A DNA stretch of 64,000 nt from Stegostoma tigrinum (Eukaryota), in assembly GCF_030684315.1 (NCBI RefSeq), contig NC_081396.1, positions 5,332,001 through 5,396,000 on the forward strand. The letters are read 5' to 3'. Shown here piece by piece: positions 52,067-64,000 of the stretch. The position numbers were made by a program, and so were the translations under genes. Within the stretch, counting starts at the first letter, position 1. Each line of letters begins with the position of its first letter. Below the pieces are notes generated by a model, which made no database searches, was not told the DNA's origin, and saw nothing but the letters and a program-made list of their open reading frames with translations.

Positions 52067-53338
52067 TCACTCTACAGGTTATCCTGTCTTTCCTCATTAT
52101 TCCTATCGAACTTGAAATGAACGCGTGAGAATAAGAGAAGTAGAAATATTCACAGAAAATGGAAAGTAATTCTTGAGCCAATTAAGCATTAAATTTAAAA
52201 ACAAAAAAAAGCAGCTGTACCCTATGAGGGTCATATTCGGGTGATAGGTTTGGGAACATCCACTAATTACATATTTTGTTCAATCACAGGTCAACTGGAC
52301 AAACAATAACTGCTTCTGGACATGAAGTTAACAGTGAAGGGAATAGCGCCAAATGCAACCAATTGACAACTCTCAATTTTCAACAACCTCGAGCACTTTC
52401 AATGTGAATATAGATTCACTATACGTACTGTTTGCAGAAGTATACCTAGACCTTCCTGTGTAAGCTAAATAGAGCTTCGTACAGCAGCAGCAAACCTTTC
52501 CCTCTTTGCTTTCACAGCCTGTACAACAGGCCGCACTATGTGGGAAATTACATTGAAGATAGACTGCTAAAAATGAAGGCATATTTGATGTGAAAAAGTT
52601 TATACTGGACATCAAATTTGAAATCATCTATATAAAAAAGAATAGATTCATCGAGTTATAGAGCATAAAAACAGGCCCTTCAGCTCAATTCGGTTATGCA
52701 GACTATGTATCAAAAACTGATTAAGCCCCTTTTAACAGCAGTTGAACCATATCCCGTTAATCCCTTCCCATTCATGTTACCATCCAAATGGCTTTTAAAT
52801 GTTGTGATTGTACACGCCTCCACCATTTTCTCTGACAACTCATTCCTTTCATGCATCATTCACCCAACGTTATTATCTTATATTTTATTATTTCAGAAAC
52901 AGTACCAAAGTGCAAGACTACAAGCCTTGATTTTAATCGATATGGATTCGCTGTTCATTAACACTAATTCTGCGTCTGCACTGCAAGAACTCCTGTCCAT
53001 GCCCGGATCTTTAGCGATAGGATCATGAACAGTGCATTCTTGACTTGACTATGCACCATAGGTATTGAGAGGGGCGCATGCACAATGGGGTTGCACCACC
53101 TACAGGATTGTGGTAATTTGGTCCCAGTCAACTATGAAAGAAAGCAAAACGTACGAGGGTCGTTGGAGTTGGCAGAGTGAGTGGGGAGATTTCCTCAACA
53201 ACGACTGCAGTACAAAAACCCAGAATTAGGCACTCATATCCGGCATTGTGAGTCAATTAGACAGAAACTGCGAGGCTGCATGTCTTGGTGCCAAGCCGAA
53301 GTAAGGGTTGCTATCTTTGTTGGAGCATGAGGGGACAG

Positions 53339-53350
53339 GGCGCATGCGCC
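53339..53350. promoter_or_regulatory. NRF1-type palindrome, probable promoter remnant of the zinc-finger gene
   Basis: Perfect GGCGCATGCGCC, with a second partial site GCGCATGCAC at 53074-53083, about 1 kb upstream of the zinc-finger array. Confidence 0.5.
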
Positions 53351-54339
53351 ATTAATCTCGGTAGGAAGAGGAAACATGCAAATATTTCTCAAGGATGGAT
53401 TGAGGTCGAGTTTATAAAATCTTTTTTTGCTGGGGATTTTGTCACAGGAAATTCAAACCAACAGGAATGTTAAAGGAAGGCAAGCAGTGTGAAAATATGC
53501 AAGTCTGGCGACATGTTCAGAGGGAAAAATAATGAAGAAGAGTGGCTGAACTTGAAATATTAATTCGGATTTACTCTCCACAAATGCTGCTGGACCTGCT
53601 AAGTTTCTCCTTCATTTTCCCTTTCCATTTAGGATCTCCAGCATTGCAGTGTTAAACATTTACTCAACGGGAATACTTATCTCTTCTGAATGTCTCGTCT
53701 GAACCGGTGTTAAAGATTTCTGTCAATTTTTTTCGACAGTGTATTAGAAGCATAAATTTGACAGCTCAGAAGGTGAGGTCATATGTCACGTCAAGATCTG
53801 ACAGAGTAACTTAAAACATCGATATCTCAAATGCATTTTGTTCTCAATTTGGAAGACAAATATTTGTTTCTTCTCTCTGTCGGCAAAGACTGCGGCTCAT
53901 AAGAAAAGTAGTAATTATCGGAAGCCAACTTTAACAGGTGTGATTGGCTCTGACACAGATAAGTTGAAATACAAATGACAAGTTAACACTGTATTGTTTT
54001 TTAAGCAGAAATATTTCGAACGCTATCAAGGTATATTCTGATGAAGGCTGAAGACAGTGTTTGCAAGTCCAAAACTACCTCAACGCCAAAGTGGAGAAAG
54101 AAATTAACATAGAAAAGGAAAATGCATTTTTGACAAACGTGATGTTGATAGTTCAATGCTAACGGGGCTGAATTTGAAGTGTTGTCAGAGAGTTGATTTA
54201 GCGAATATAAGAAGCACAACAAAAGTATAGAAAGAAGGCAGAAGCAAGCATAGACATGAATCAAAATCTCTGCAATTGGCACATCACCATTAAAAGTGGA
54301 ATAAAACGAACATGTGTCGTGTTTTCAGAAGCCTCAACA

Positions 54340-55180
54340 GGAGCTCCAATCCGCAGAAATTCAATTTCACCAGTCCCACTGAGACACCATGCAAATTTGG
54401 AGATTGTGGGAAAGGGATCAAATACCAGTCAGAGTTGGAAATTCATCTATGTAGTCAAACTGAGGTGAGGCCATTCATTTGTTCCAAGCGTGGAAAGGGA
54501 TTCACTGAGTCATCACACCTGCTGACACATCCATGCGTTCGCACAAAGAAGAGATCCTTTAAACGTTTAAACTGCAAGAAGTTTAATAAAATTTCCAGGG
54601 AAGTGATGGGTCATCAGCATGTTCACTCTGATGAGAAATGTTTTGTGTACTCTTACTGTTGGACTGGGTTCAAGAGATTATCTAATCTAGCTGTTCACCA
54701 GCGTATTCACCCGGGAGAGAATCCGTTCTCCTTTCCATAACGGAGGAAGGGATTTGGCCATTCAGCTAATCCTGTTAAAGCATCAGTTGGTTCACATTGA
54801 GCAGTGATGTTTAAAATGTCCAAACTGCAAGAATTTCCAGATTCGTTGTCAACGTGCTCATGATGACTGTTTTTGTGCTCTCACAATGGCACATTAGTTC
54901 AAACCATCATTTGACCACACAGTGGCGACACGCAATTCCCCTGCCCTGGCTATGGGAAAAGACCTACCATTTCTTCTAGCCTTTTGACACACCAGCGACT
55001 CGTTTAGTCAATAGATCACTCTCCTGTCTTGAGTGGGGGAAGAGATTCACTAAATCATCTGCTCTGCTGATACACCAGCGAGTTCACGCGGGAATGAAGG
55101 TCGTAGCCTTCCCTGAATGGTGGGAAAGGTTTGATTTAGTCATCCACCCTGGTCATACACCGACAAATTCACATATGACA
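54340..55180 (+). pseudogene. C2H2 (Kruppel-type) zinc-finger pseudogene
   Basis: Tandem decayed fingers with TGE(K/R)PF-type linkers: DCGKGIKYQSELEIH..TEVRPFICSKRGKGFTESSHLLTH..CWTGFKRLSNLAVHQRIHPGENPF. Many Cys/His residues are lost, and stops and frameshifts follow 54740. Confidence 0.9.
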
Positions 55181-56018
55181 TCTCTTTCATATCTCATGTC
55201 GCATTGTCGTCGGTCATACGGCAGACAATGAATCAAATAATTCGCACCACGGACTAATTTGAAGGTCTATTTTCAGATTGGTCATGTATTAACATCGCGA
55301 TGGTGATCACAGAGGCGTCTAAACTGTCAAAAAGATACCACACGTTCGACTGCTGCACACAACGACTCACAATGTCGTTGCTTGAGAGTTGTAACCAGGG
55401 AAGATTTTCCACCTTATTTGATTTGATTTGAATAAATTTGTTTTGAAATTAGTTGATTTTACTACACGTATAGATCATCACGGGACACATTTATTGGTAG
55501 GAGGCTGGAGTTTGAGGGGGTTATGAGGGGGAAAAAAATCAAGGAACCTAGGAATCTCCAATTCAGAGCTTTTCAGGATGGTAGAATCTGAAACCAACAA
55601 AAATGTTTAAGAAGAATTTCGAAGTTCAATTGCATTGTCGATAAATTTCCATAAAATCAATGATCGTGAAGGTATCCTCATAATTCCGTTTGTTTTAGTT
55701 TATTTTACATAGACCGTAAATGTATATGTGCATGCCCAAAACTATAAGCGTTCTGGGTTCGGAAGCTTCTCCATTTTAAAATTCATATTCTTGTCTTCAG
55801 CCACAATTATAATTATTCCTGTCTTTGTAATATCCTGCTGAATCAGAACCTTCTAAATTTTTTGCACTCATCTTATTCAGGCCTCTTATGCATTCCTGAT
55901 TTAAATTACTTCGCGATTGGTGGCCATTCTTTTGTTTGCATGTCATAGTAGCTCTAGAATTTCCTCCTTAAGCTGTTCATGCTCTCTATACCGGTTTCCT
56001 TCTTAAAGTCAAGGACGT

Positions 56019-56366
56019 TCAGTCTTGGATCTTCGGTAAACTTTCTCCAAGGCAGAAGTCATGATACACAGCAACGCAGAGTCGCCAAATCAAGGCTGAT
56101 AGCCGAGTTTGGGAATCATGAGGACGAGTCTGAGCCGGGATCTTGAATTTATGTCGCACTGCAGGTGGCCGCTCCACGCTAAACACTCTCTCACACAAAC
56201 ACATTCACACACGCAAACTCTCATGCAGATCCTCTCTATTGCATTCACTGTCTATTTTCATAAACACAGTCTGTTTCTCTCCCTCTCTCACACTTAAAAA
56301 CACTGCGTTGATCCTCGCAATTGCACACATTGTATTTCAAGCACACTCTCTCTCTCTTGCTCATAG

Positions 56367-56432
<66 letters not shown>

Positions 56433-56925
56433 ACCTATGGGGTGAACTTTTATTTGCAGATGCATTCTATTTTTGTCAATAAGCACAGAATTTATAGTCA
56501 GTCAGACTATGTGGCATTTTATAATTTGCTACTTTAGAAGTAAGACCAGTCTTACTCCAACCAAATCACAAACAGATTATAAACAAATTCTCACACTTAA
56601 CATGTATTGCCTCATCTAAAGTATCATCTCTTGTTTACACTGATAAAAGCTTTACTCCTCATAGCACAGGGTCTTCAATGGAATTCAGAGATTTTCATAC
56701 ACATATTAACCAGTTAAAATCATCTGGCTAATTAAAGAATCAACACTTTGGGTTTGTTTAGTGCATTCCCATCAATGGTGTGACAATTTGATCTTTTAAT
56801 CTTAAATTCTAAGTCTGATACGACCTCTCGCACTTACATCTCAAGAAGAAGTGAGGCTCCAAAAGTTTGTGTTTTGAGGCAAATCTGTTAGACTATAACC
56901 TGGTGTCGTGTGATTCCTGACCTTA
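56019..56925 (+). mobile_element. Penelope-like element 3' part (second family) containing a (CA)n tract
   Basis: DLRVNFLQG..HDTQQRRVA..RLIAEFGNHEDxLSRDLEFMSH resembles a GIY-YIG C-terminus. The terminus reads gactataacctggtgtcgtgtgatt. Confidence 0.7.
56369..56427 (+). repeat. (AC)n microsatellite
   Basis: Directly visible. Confidence 0.98.
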
Positions 56926-59900
56926 CTCCTTAAAGATAATCCTGGAAACATTCGTCTCTGACCAACCATTATGTCACCTGCTCTCATATCTCCTGTACAC
57001 AAAAGCAAAATATTGCAGATGTTGAAGTCCCAAAATCAAAACAGAAAGTGCTGTAAATAACTCAGTATGTCCAGCAGTGTCTGTGAAATAGAAACGTATC
57101 TAATCCAAAACTATTGTTCTTCAGTTCTGAAGAAAGGTAGACGATTGACGGTGTTTAGACTGTAAAGGAGGGTCGATGAACAACTTCTTCCCGGATTTAA
57201 CTCGCTGATGTTTCAGCAAGATGGATGACTAAGTGAATCTTTTCCCACAGTCTGACCAGATGAACAGCGGTTTCCTGTTTGCCATTACCAATGTGTTTTC
57301 TGCTCAGAATGGTAATTCAGTCCCAATTTACATACTTCACCATTTTCCACATTTGGAATGCATTTCAGAATAGAATATCGTTTAATGTCTGTTCTGACAG
57401 ATCAGAAGTTTGGCTGAAGCTTTGCCCACACAAGGAACACATTCATAGTTTCTCTCCATTGTGAAGGAGACATTTCCATTCATTTTCCAAAAACGATCAT
57501 CGTCAAACAATAATAAATTGAACAGCTTCACCTGATTCTGATGAAATATTTTGCTCAATTTTCCATCGATTGGTAAGTTCTCAGTCTTCCCCTTCTCATT
57601 GCCTGTCCAAATGCTTTTAAACAGAAAAATAAAATCTGAGAGGGAGCATTCAAATCACAAAGGCCGATTGTCAAATTGAGTTGAAGGAATCTGATCATTT
57701 CTAGGGATAATGCGGAGAAAGTATGCCCATGAAAATCTGTCATATTATAATTGAATCACGACTCGATCACTAAATATTCTTCAGGGAAGAGGATCTGCTA
57801 CTCAGAAGAATCTGCACAGTACTCTGGCCCCTATCGAAGGAAAAATAGAGATAGGAGAGGCAGACCAAAAATGAGAGAGGTTTTATATTTCTACAATAGC
57901 ATCAGAAATTCGATAGAATCTCCCAAACCCTCCAAATCCATCACCTGGAAGGACCAGAGCAGCAGGTGTCACAGCAGGTTTCCCTCCAACTCAAGTACTG
58001 CCCTTTATTTCTAACGTCCAGTGCCAGAGAAGGAGAAACTTTCTCTACATAAAATTTGAACAAGAAGCAGCCAGGAATATCTGAACAACAGTCACTTCAC
58101 TTGGAACATTACCTCTGTTTTCGCTCCACAGAGACTGCCAGAGCTATTGAGTTTCATAGCTTCAGCATCTGTAGCTCTTTGTTTTATTTTGTGAAAAGTT
58201 TTATTTATGTTGATGATTTAGCGGGAGTGGAGGAGTGAGCAGATAGGTGAAGCTGGAGCCTGGGAAGAGACAGAAATAAAATGAGGCAGATCAACGATTG
58301 TTGATTGTGAGCCAGAACGGAAAATAAGTTAATTGGGTGATCTGGTGAAATGTGTTAGCGAAATGTTCTGACGGCTGATTATGGCCTTGTCCAGACACAC
58401 AACAGGGGCACAGTTTCGCTCTACTGTGGGTGTTTTGTTTTACTTCCATAGTCAAAATCTAATCACATTCCATTTGTGATATATTGGGTGACTCCATTAC
58501 ACCGTAAATCCCGATTTGCTGATCAAATCAAATCTACCAGCACGAGCGCCAAATCCCAACTCGTAGACCACCAGGAAAAAAATGAAGAGGGTGTGCCTTT
58601 TCGCAATGACATTGTTGTTGTCTCACTTTTTTTTCTATTTTAGGTTATGTTAACCACAGAGACACTAGTCTGACAGAATAGATGTTAGAGCAAGCTTTTT
58701 CCAGCACGTTCAATGTTTCAATTCCAGTGGTCCTTCTTCAGAACTATGTCTGAATCTGTTTTGGGAGAGAGAACACCTTCACCACACAGTCATGTTTACA
58801 GGCTCCAAACAGTACGTAAAATTCTTCTTCCAAAACTACAGTTTGGTCACAGTAATGAAAGGGAGCATTAGATAACTGCCCTGTTCTTGATTAGTCCTCC
58901 ATTGCTTACACTTCACACCTCAGATTCTTCTGTCTCATCTCTCTCTTCAACAAGACTATTGTTTCATGACCTTGACAACAGGGATAATACAATGGATCCA
59001 ATGGCTCTTAGCTCTGCAATGATACGAAGAGAAGACAGTTACCCAATACAGACAGCAGGGATAACACAGCGGATTCAGTGCTCACTTCTTCCTTGCTCTG
59101 TTATAACAAGCTGCCTCTTGGCAGTGACACTCGAACAGACTGTTTCACTCAGTCAGTAATCAGATCTCACTGAATATCAACAATTTAAAGACTGGAGTGT
59201 AAACATAGCAAAGTGCCTCGGAGTTTCACAGGAACTTAAAGTGTATTAAACTACATGATCAAAAGCTTGATGAAAGTGACCGCGAACGAGGAGTGTTTGC
59301 AAGTACGAAAAGGAAGTAAAAAATGCTTCAAATGTTTCAGGTGGAAATTCCAGATTTAAGGTTCCAAGCAGCTAAAGGCACAGTTTGCAACGGTAGAGTA
59401 TTTAAAATCAGTGATAAATTGTGTATGGAAATGGTGTTCTTTATGCATGGGTCCATAGCCCAAAATAATGTGGCACTGCAGATCTGAAATAACGACATTA
59501 AAGTGTTGCAGAAATTTATCATTTCTAGCAGATCTGTCGAACACATTTCAAAAGAGAGTAAATAGAATTGGAGTATTAACATATTCCATCTCTGTGGATG
59601 CTGCCAGTGCAGCTGAGTTTTTCCAGCACTTCCTTTTTTAATAAAAGTCTTGAAAGTATCTTGTCTATAGATCTGATACAAACTGAGTGCCAGTATAATC
59701 CTCCTGTGTAGTGGATAGGGAGTTAACTTGAACAGACTTGAAATCGTCTGGATCTCAGTGTTGCATCCAGAAAAAAGTTTCAGCTAAGGAAGAAAAGAAG
59801 AAAAAATCAGTTACATTATAAACTTAGAAGAGCAGACATGGGGACATTCACAGCATGTTGCACATCTTTAGTTCGTGATAACCTCTTAGGTGAGACTCCT

Positions 59901-60822
59901 TCTGAACACACACTTCCCAGCACCAGCACTAACCCCGATGACAGAGGGAGAGTGACAATGATTCATCAGACTAATTGTTCGAATGGTCAGATTGTCCTAC
60001 AGAAGGCTCAGACTATATTTTGCACAATTTTGAAGAATGGGCGATAAAATGTTTAAAACATAGAATTTTTTTCAGGGTTGGATAATAACAACAGTCAGAA
60101 ATGGCCATTGTAGAAACTGTTTGTTTAAGTGGGTGAGAATGTAAATTAGGTGTATTCACCACAACATTCTTACAGGGCTGTATCATCTTGTAAACTGCTC
60201 CTCAGTTGCAAAACTGGGTGAAACCATTGGCTTTGAGGTTCAGTTTTCCTGAACAGATATTTGACCGAGTTCTTGCTGACCTGCTCAGCATTGAATAATC
60301 ACCACTACTGATGAATTGCCATGAGGTTGGGGCAGGGCGGGCAGGGATTAAGAGAAAGTGGTGGTGAGGATATTGGAATGCAGAATGCTATTTTTGGGTC
60401 CTTCCAGCATCACAGCTCCCCATTCTTTGATCAACGCATACCACATAATAGAAACACAGGCTGGGTGCCCAACTCATTACTGCAGGATCAAGGAGGACTT
60501 CAGCGATTTCTGACAGATATAGCCCCACCTTCAGCCCCACCCCACCCCTGTCCAATTGGCGACAGTGGGAGGGCATTTCCTAACCAGCTTACAATGTTGG
60601 TGAAGTGACATACCACTGCAGACTCCCAGTTTAAACCTACTTATTCAGATAAAGCACATCCACAGACCCTGGATCCATTTGGTCTGTCAGTCACCTCACG
60701 GAAGCTTCTGCCTGCAAATAACTCGATCCCTCTGAAATGTTTCAGCCCAGCTCACAGCCCAGGCTCCCAGAGTAGTCTGCAGTTACCCGTCCTCTGAACC
60801 ATTATCTCTGGATAAGTGAACG

Positions 60823-60865
60823 ATGGAAACCCTTATTGTTTTAATCCTGTGCGTCTGTTTACCCT
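60823..60865 (+). CDS. Leader exon of NAR-TCR V (cassette 3)
   Basis: ATG...CCC T|GTGAGT = METLIVLILCVCLP, phase 1, then a 131-bp intron to ttacag at 60996. Confidence 0.92.
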
Positions 60866-60996
60866 GTGAGTACCGATCATAGAAATCAACATTGTGTGGA
60901 TTTAAAACTATACTGCTGCCCGAGTTCATCAGAATTTTAATCGCGTTGTGTGGGTCATTGATAATACCCACTCACCTCTCTCTGTTTAATTTACAG

Positions 60997-61292
60997 GTTC
61001 ATTCAGTCAGTCAGTGACACAAAGTCCAACAAGAGTGACAAGGAAGGAATGTCAATCTCTCACAATCACCTGTGTTTTTAATGATTACCATTTTTTTTAT
61101 ACCTATCATTTTGAGAGTGGTCAATTCTTCAGACAAATACAGGGAATGAAGGAATGGGAGCGGATCTCCGGCAGTGGGAGATTTATTATGTCCACAAATA
61201 AAGCAGAAAAGACATTTTCGTTGGAAATTCGGGACGTCACGGTTAAAGACGCCGCGACCTATTACTGTAAAGCTCGGTACTGGTATGACATA
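60997..61292 (+). CDS. NAR-TCR V exon (IgNAR-like V domain), open frame
   Basis: SFSQSVTQSPTRVTRKECQSLTITCVFNDYHFFYTYHFESGQFFRQIQGMKEWERISGSGRFIMSTNKAEKTFSLEIRDVTVKDAATYYCKARYWYDI. It is a short V lacking CDR2 (NAR-type ExISxxGRF..KxFSLxIxDxTVxD) with an extra FR1 Cys. Confidence 0.95.
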
Positions 61293-61330
61293 CACAGTGA
61301 TAGGCTTTAGCTTCTCGCTGTTCAAAAAAC
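61293..61330 (+). other. RSS (22/23-bp spacer) of cassette-3 V
   Basis: CACAGTG (61293-61299), 22 nt, TCAAAAAAC; or 23 nt, CAAAAAACT. Confidence 0.9.
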
Positions 61331-61647
61331 TCTCTCTGGAGATTACTACAGAAACAAATTGAAAACCGAGTGAATCTGCTGGAAGTGCACATAGTTCTGC
61401 TTCACAGCTTCTGACTCACAGTCCAGTTTGTAAGTCGACAGCATTATTGTCAACAATATCTTGATTTTCACAGATGACGAGTGTGTTCAGATGGTGATGT
61501 CTTTTTCAAGATTGACATGGGCGAATGGAAGATCAGAAAGACTGATCAAAGTTAAAGGACATTGATGCGAGTTGTGATCCTGTTCCGCAAAATGAAATTT
61601 GGAAGTTCAGTCCATCTGTGAAGTCCCAAATCTCACCTAGTCCAGGG

Positions 61648-61719
61648 ATGTTTTACACATACTTGTAATGCTGTGTAATTTGGAGACAAGGCACAGTTAA
61701 AGGACCCCTACCAAATACC
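61648..61719 (+). other. NAR-TCR D segment (core 61676-61691 TAATTTGGAGACAAGG) with 12-bp RSSs
   Basis: 5' ATGTTTTAC-12-TGCTGTG; 3' CACAGTT-12-CCAAATACC. It lies midway between V and J. Confidence 0.8.
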
Positions 61720-62029
61720 TCTGCCAAATAAAATATAAGATCTCCAGCCCAATAGCCAATAGCCAGCTTGGAGTTCCCTTCGCTGCAGCATGGGTTGATC
61801 TTTTGACTATCCAACAGCCATTAATTTCATTGACTGATTTTTCTCCCCTTATATGAAGTGAAAGTCGGCACCCCCGTGCTCTGTCATCATTTGACATTAA
61901 AAAATCAGTGGTGAACTTGACACAAAGAAAACGTGGAGACAGCGAATGTTGATACTTATATAAGTATCCTGAATAATTGGATTGATAAAGCAGTGTGTTA
62001 ATGATTTCTCAACACTTTGACATCCCATT

Positions 62030-62118
62030 GGTTCTTGTTCAGGGGAAGCTGAGAGGAGCACTACTGTGATATTATGACTATGTAGATGGATCCGGAACGG
62101 TGGTGACTGTCACAGCTG
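62030..62118 (+). other. NAR-TCR J segment (coding 62069-62118) with 23-RSS
   Basis: GGTTCTTGT-23-TACTGTG, then YYDYVDGSGTVVTVTA followed by a G|GTAAGT phase-1 donor. Confidence 0.93.
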
Positions 62119-63929
62119 GTAAGTGAATCTTCACTCCACCTTGTTATAAACTGTGTCAGTTAATGTTCAGTTTATTATTATGACCCTCACTTACAAAGCA
62201 ACTGAAACAGAACTTTTGGAAGTAATCCACTCTATGATAGTGTCCAAATAGTTTGCAGAATAAGGGAGTCGAGTCCTGGTTTTTCCCGAAGAAAGTATAT
62301 GTAATGCCGGGCTCAGGGTCGGCAGTGGCAATGTACCTGGGGCATTCTTTACCGGTCAGTAGTGTGATCCCATCAATATGGTGGAGAGTGCTGACACTAG
62401 GAATATGAATGACACTAGGTAATTCCAGACTTTACCTGTGACTGAGGGCCACTTAGGTCACGGGAAAAGGCACACAAAGTTCTGGACCAAGCAAATCTTG
62501 AAGTCTGGATGAGGTCCATGAATTGAAAAGTTACAAAAAGAAATGTCTCACCGGAAATTTGGAAGCATCATTAATCGAAAGTCAGACGTAACAGATCCGT
62601 TTGCATGCCTTGATGAAGTTGCCTTTTAGGGGAACTGGTGATAAGAATGATTGGCTTGACATTTCTTTGCACAACGTTCATATATGTCTTAATATAACAA
62701 ACTATTTTCATACTTTTCCAACCTCAGAACTAAACGTGCAATTGTAAGCATTCTTTCAAAAAAAGTAGATGCTTTGAAATATCAATTTGTTGTAATGTAA
62801 CTTCTCACTGGAAACGATGCAAACTGGGAGAATGTCCATTTATAACCGGCAAGACGTAATAAATCAAAAGGGAGAGGAATATGTGACAATTTCTGGGGCA
62901 TTGTCGAAGAGACAATCCTCACCACTGTGAGCTTTCTGTAGAGAAACAAATGGTGGGTAAACGTTTCCTCTCCAATCGATTTATTTTGGAATAAGTGCAG
63001 CTATGATTCATCAGGCAATCTCCTGAGATAAAGTTGCTGTCCTTTGTGAAGCAGTTGTGAAGTCTAACGTACATCACGTAGAGCTTAAAAGGAAAAGTGA
63101 TCTAATTTGAACGTATACAATTATTAAAGGATAAGCATTTGGGGCAATATACTCTGAGCTAAAACGTCTGTACAATGGTCACAATTTGAGATTAAGGCTT
63201 AGGACCTGGTACTGCAATGAGAAGAGATATTTCAGCCAAACCATTGTTTTGAATCTGTGGCATTCTGGACCTCAGAAAGCGGTGGGTGCTCAAAAGTTGG
63301 CTGTTTTGCCGGACAAACAGAGAAGCACCAAGTGACCTCATAGAAATCCCATGTACTGTGCTCCAGTGACTGGGATGGATGAGACTGATCCACGAGAAAA
63401 GGGCAATTAAAATATCACGTTCACTAACGAAACAAATCAACTCAAGAACTTGAAAAAGTGAACAATAAACGGTGGTGGAATGTGGAATTTGCCACAAAAC
63501 AGAATAATTTTGGTGCAATGCATTCAGTCATTTAAAGAGTCTTCAGAAAACTGCAAAATGCATCTACTCAACGCACTGAATAGATAACGTTAATTAGATT
63601 TCGGTGAGAGTGGACGTTGAGGTATATACACAGTCATAAATCGGTTGGATAGAATGAACTATCCTTACCTTCAACTTCACTAGAAAACTGTAAAAATCTC
63701 CATCCAGAATACCCAGAAGGCAATAAATCGATGCAAGGAATTGTAAGTGAGAGAGAGCTGGAAGTTGATTCCCAATAAGCAACAAAAAAAACAGACAATT
63801 AGTGCAGACTGATCCTAAGACTCATCCGGGATAGGTATCTACGATCGCCAGAAAAGCAAAGTGGCAAAAAAAGCAAAAATAAATAATACTAAATCAAAAA
63901 AATTACCTTCAGAAGAAACCATAAAACAA

Positions 63930-64000
63930 TTGGAGATAACAAGGTGTAGATCTGGATGAACACAATAGGCCAAGCAGCATCAGAGGAGCAGGAAGGCTGA
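63930..64000 (-). mobile_element. Penelope-like terminus running off the window
   Basis: gagataacaaggtgtagatctggatgaacacaataggccaagcagcatcagaggagcaggaaggctga, as at 22630-22700. Confidence 0.85.

Noticed and set aside
57770-58030. V-like words (ESPKP, SRFPSNSSTALY)
   Set aside because: The nucleotide sequence matches the LINE 3' fragment also seen near 4130-4230; no YYC or RSS.
58780-59090. Minus-strand leader-like STESAVLSLLSVLG|GT followed by LRCEV
   Set aside because: GTG start, multiple stops, and no WY, YYC or RSS.

Overview
Eukaryotic genomic DNA from a cartilaginous fish. The repeat families suggest a carpet shark, but that is inference. The window is part of the T-cell receptor alpha/delta locus, in the region carrying NAR-TCR cassettes (IgNAR-like V-D-J units spliced onto a leaderless 'supporting' TCR-delta V). 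On the + strand there are three cassette copies: a decayed L-V-D-J (1501-2792), a decayed J plus supporting V-delta pseudogene (17362-22470), and an apparently intact L-V-D-J (60823-62118) whose supporting V is predicted just past the window end. Conventional TCR alpha/delta V segments lie between them in mixed orientation: an apparently functional one on the - strand (leader 33651-33702, V exon 32452-32758), pseudogenes at 35573-35846 (-) and 50595-50823 (+), and a few doubtful relics. The window also has a C2H2 zinc-finger pseudogene (about 54.3-55.2 kb), two CTCF-type motifs, CR1 LINEs, Penelope-like elements with hairpin derivatives, tRNA-derived SINEs, microsatellites and two N gaps. Most ORFs in the supplied track are spurious or retroelement debris. 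The most unusual feature is directly behind the supporting V-delta: three tandem 23-RSSs at an exact 61-bp period (22432/22493/22554), separated by D-delta-like GGGA(T/A)TAC cores, with the V reading frame open through them. This is a candidate germline device for stepwise CDR3 lengthening. All calls were made by eye, and repeat boundaries are approximate.
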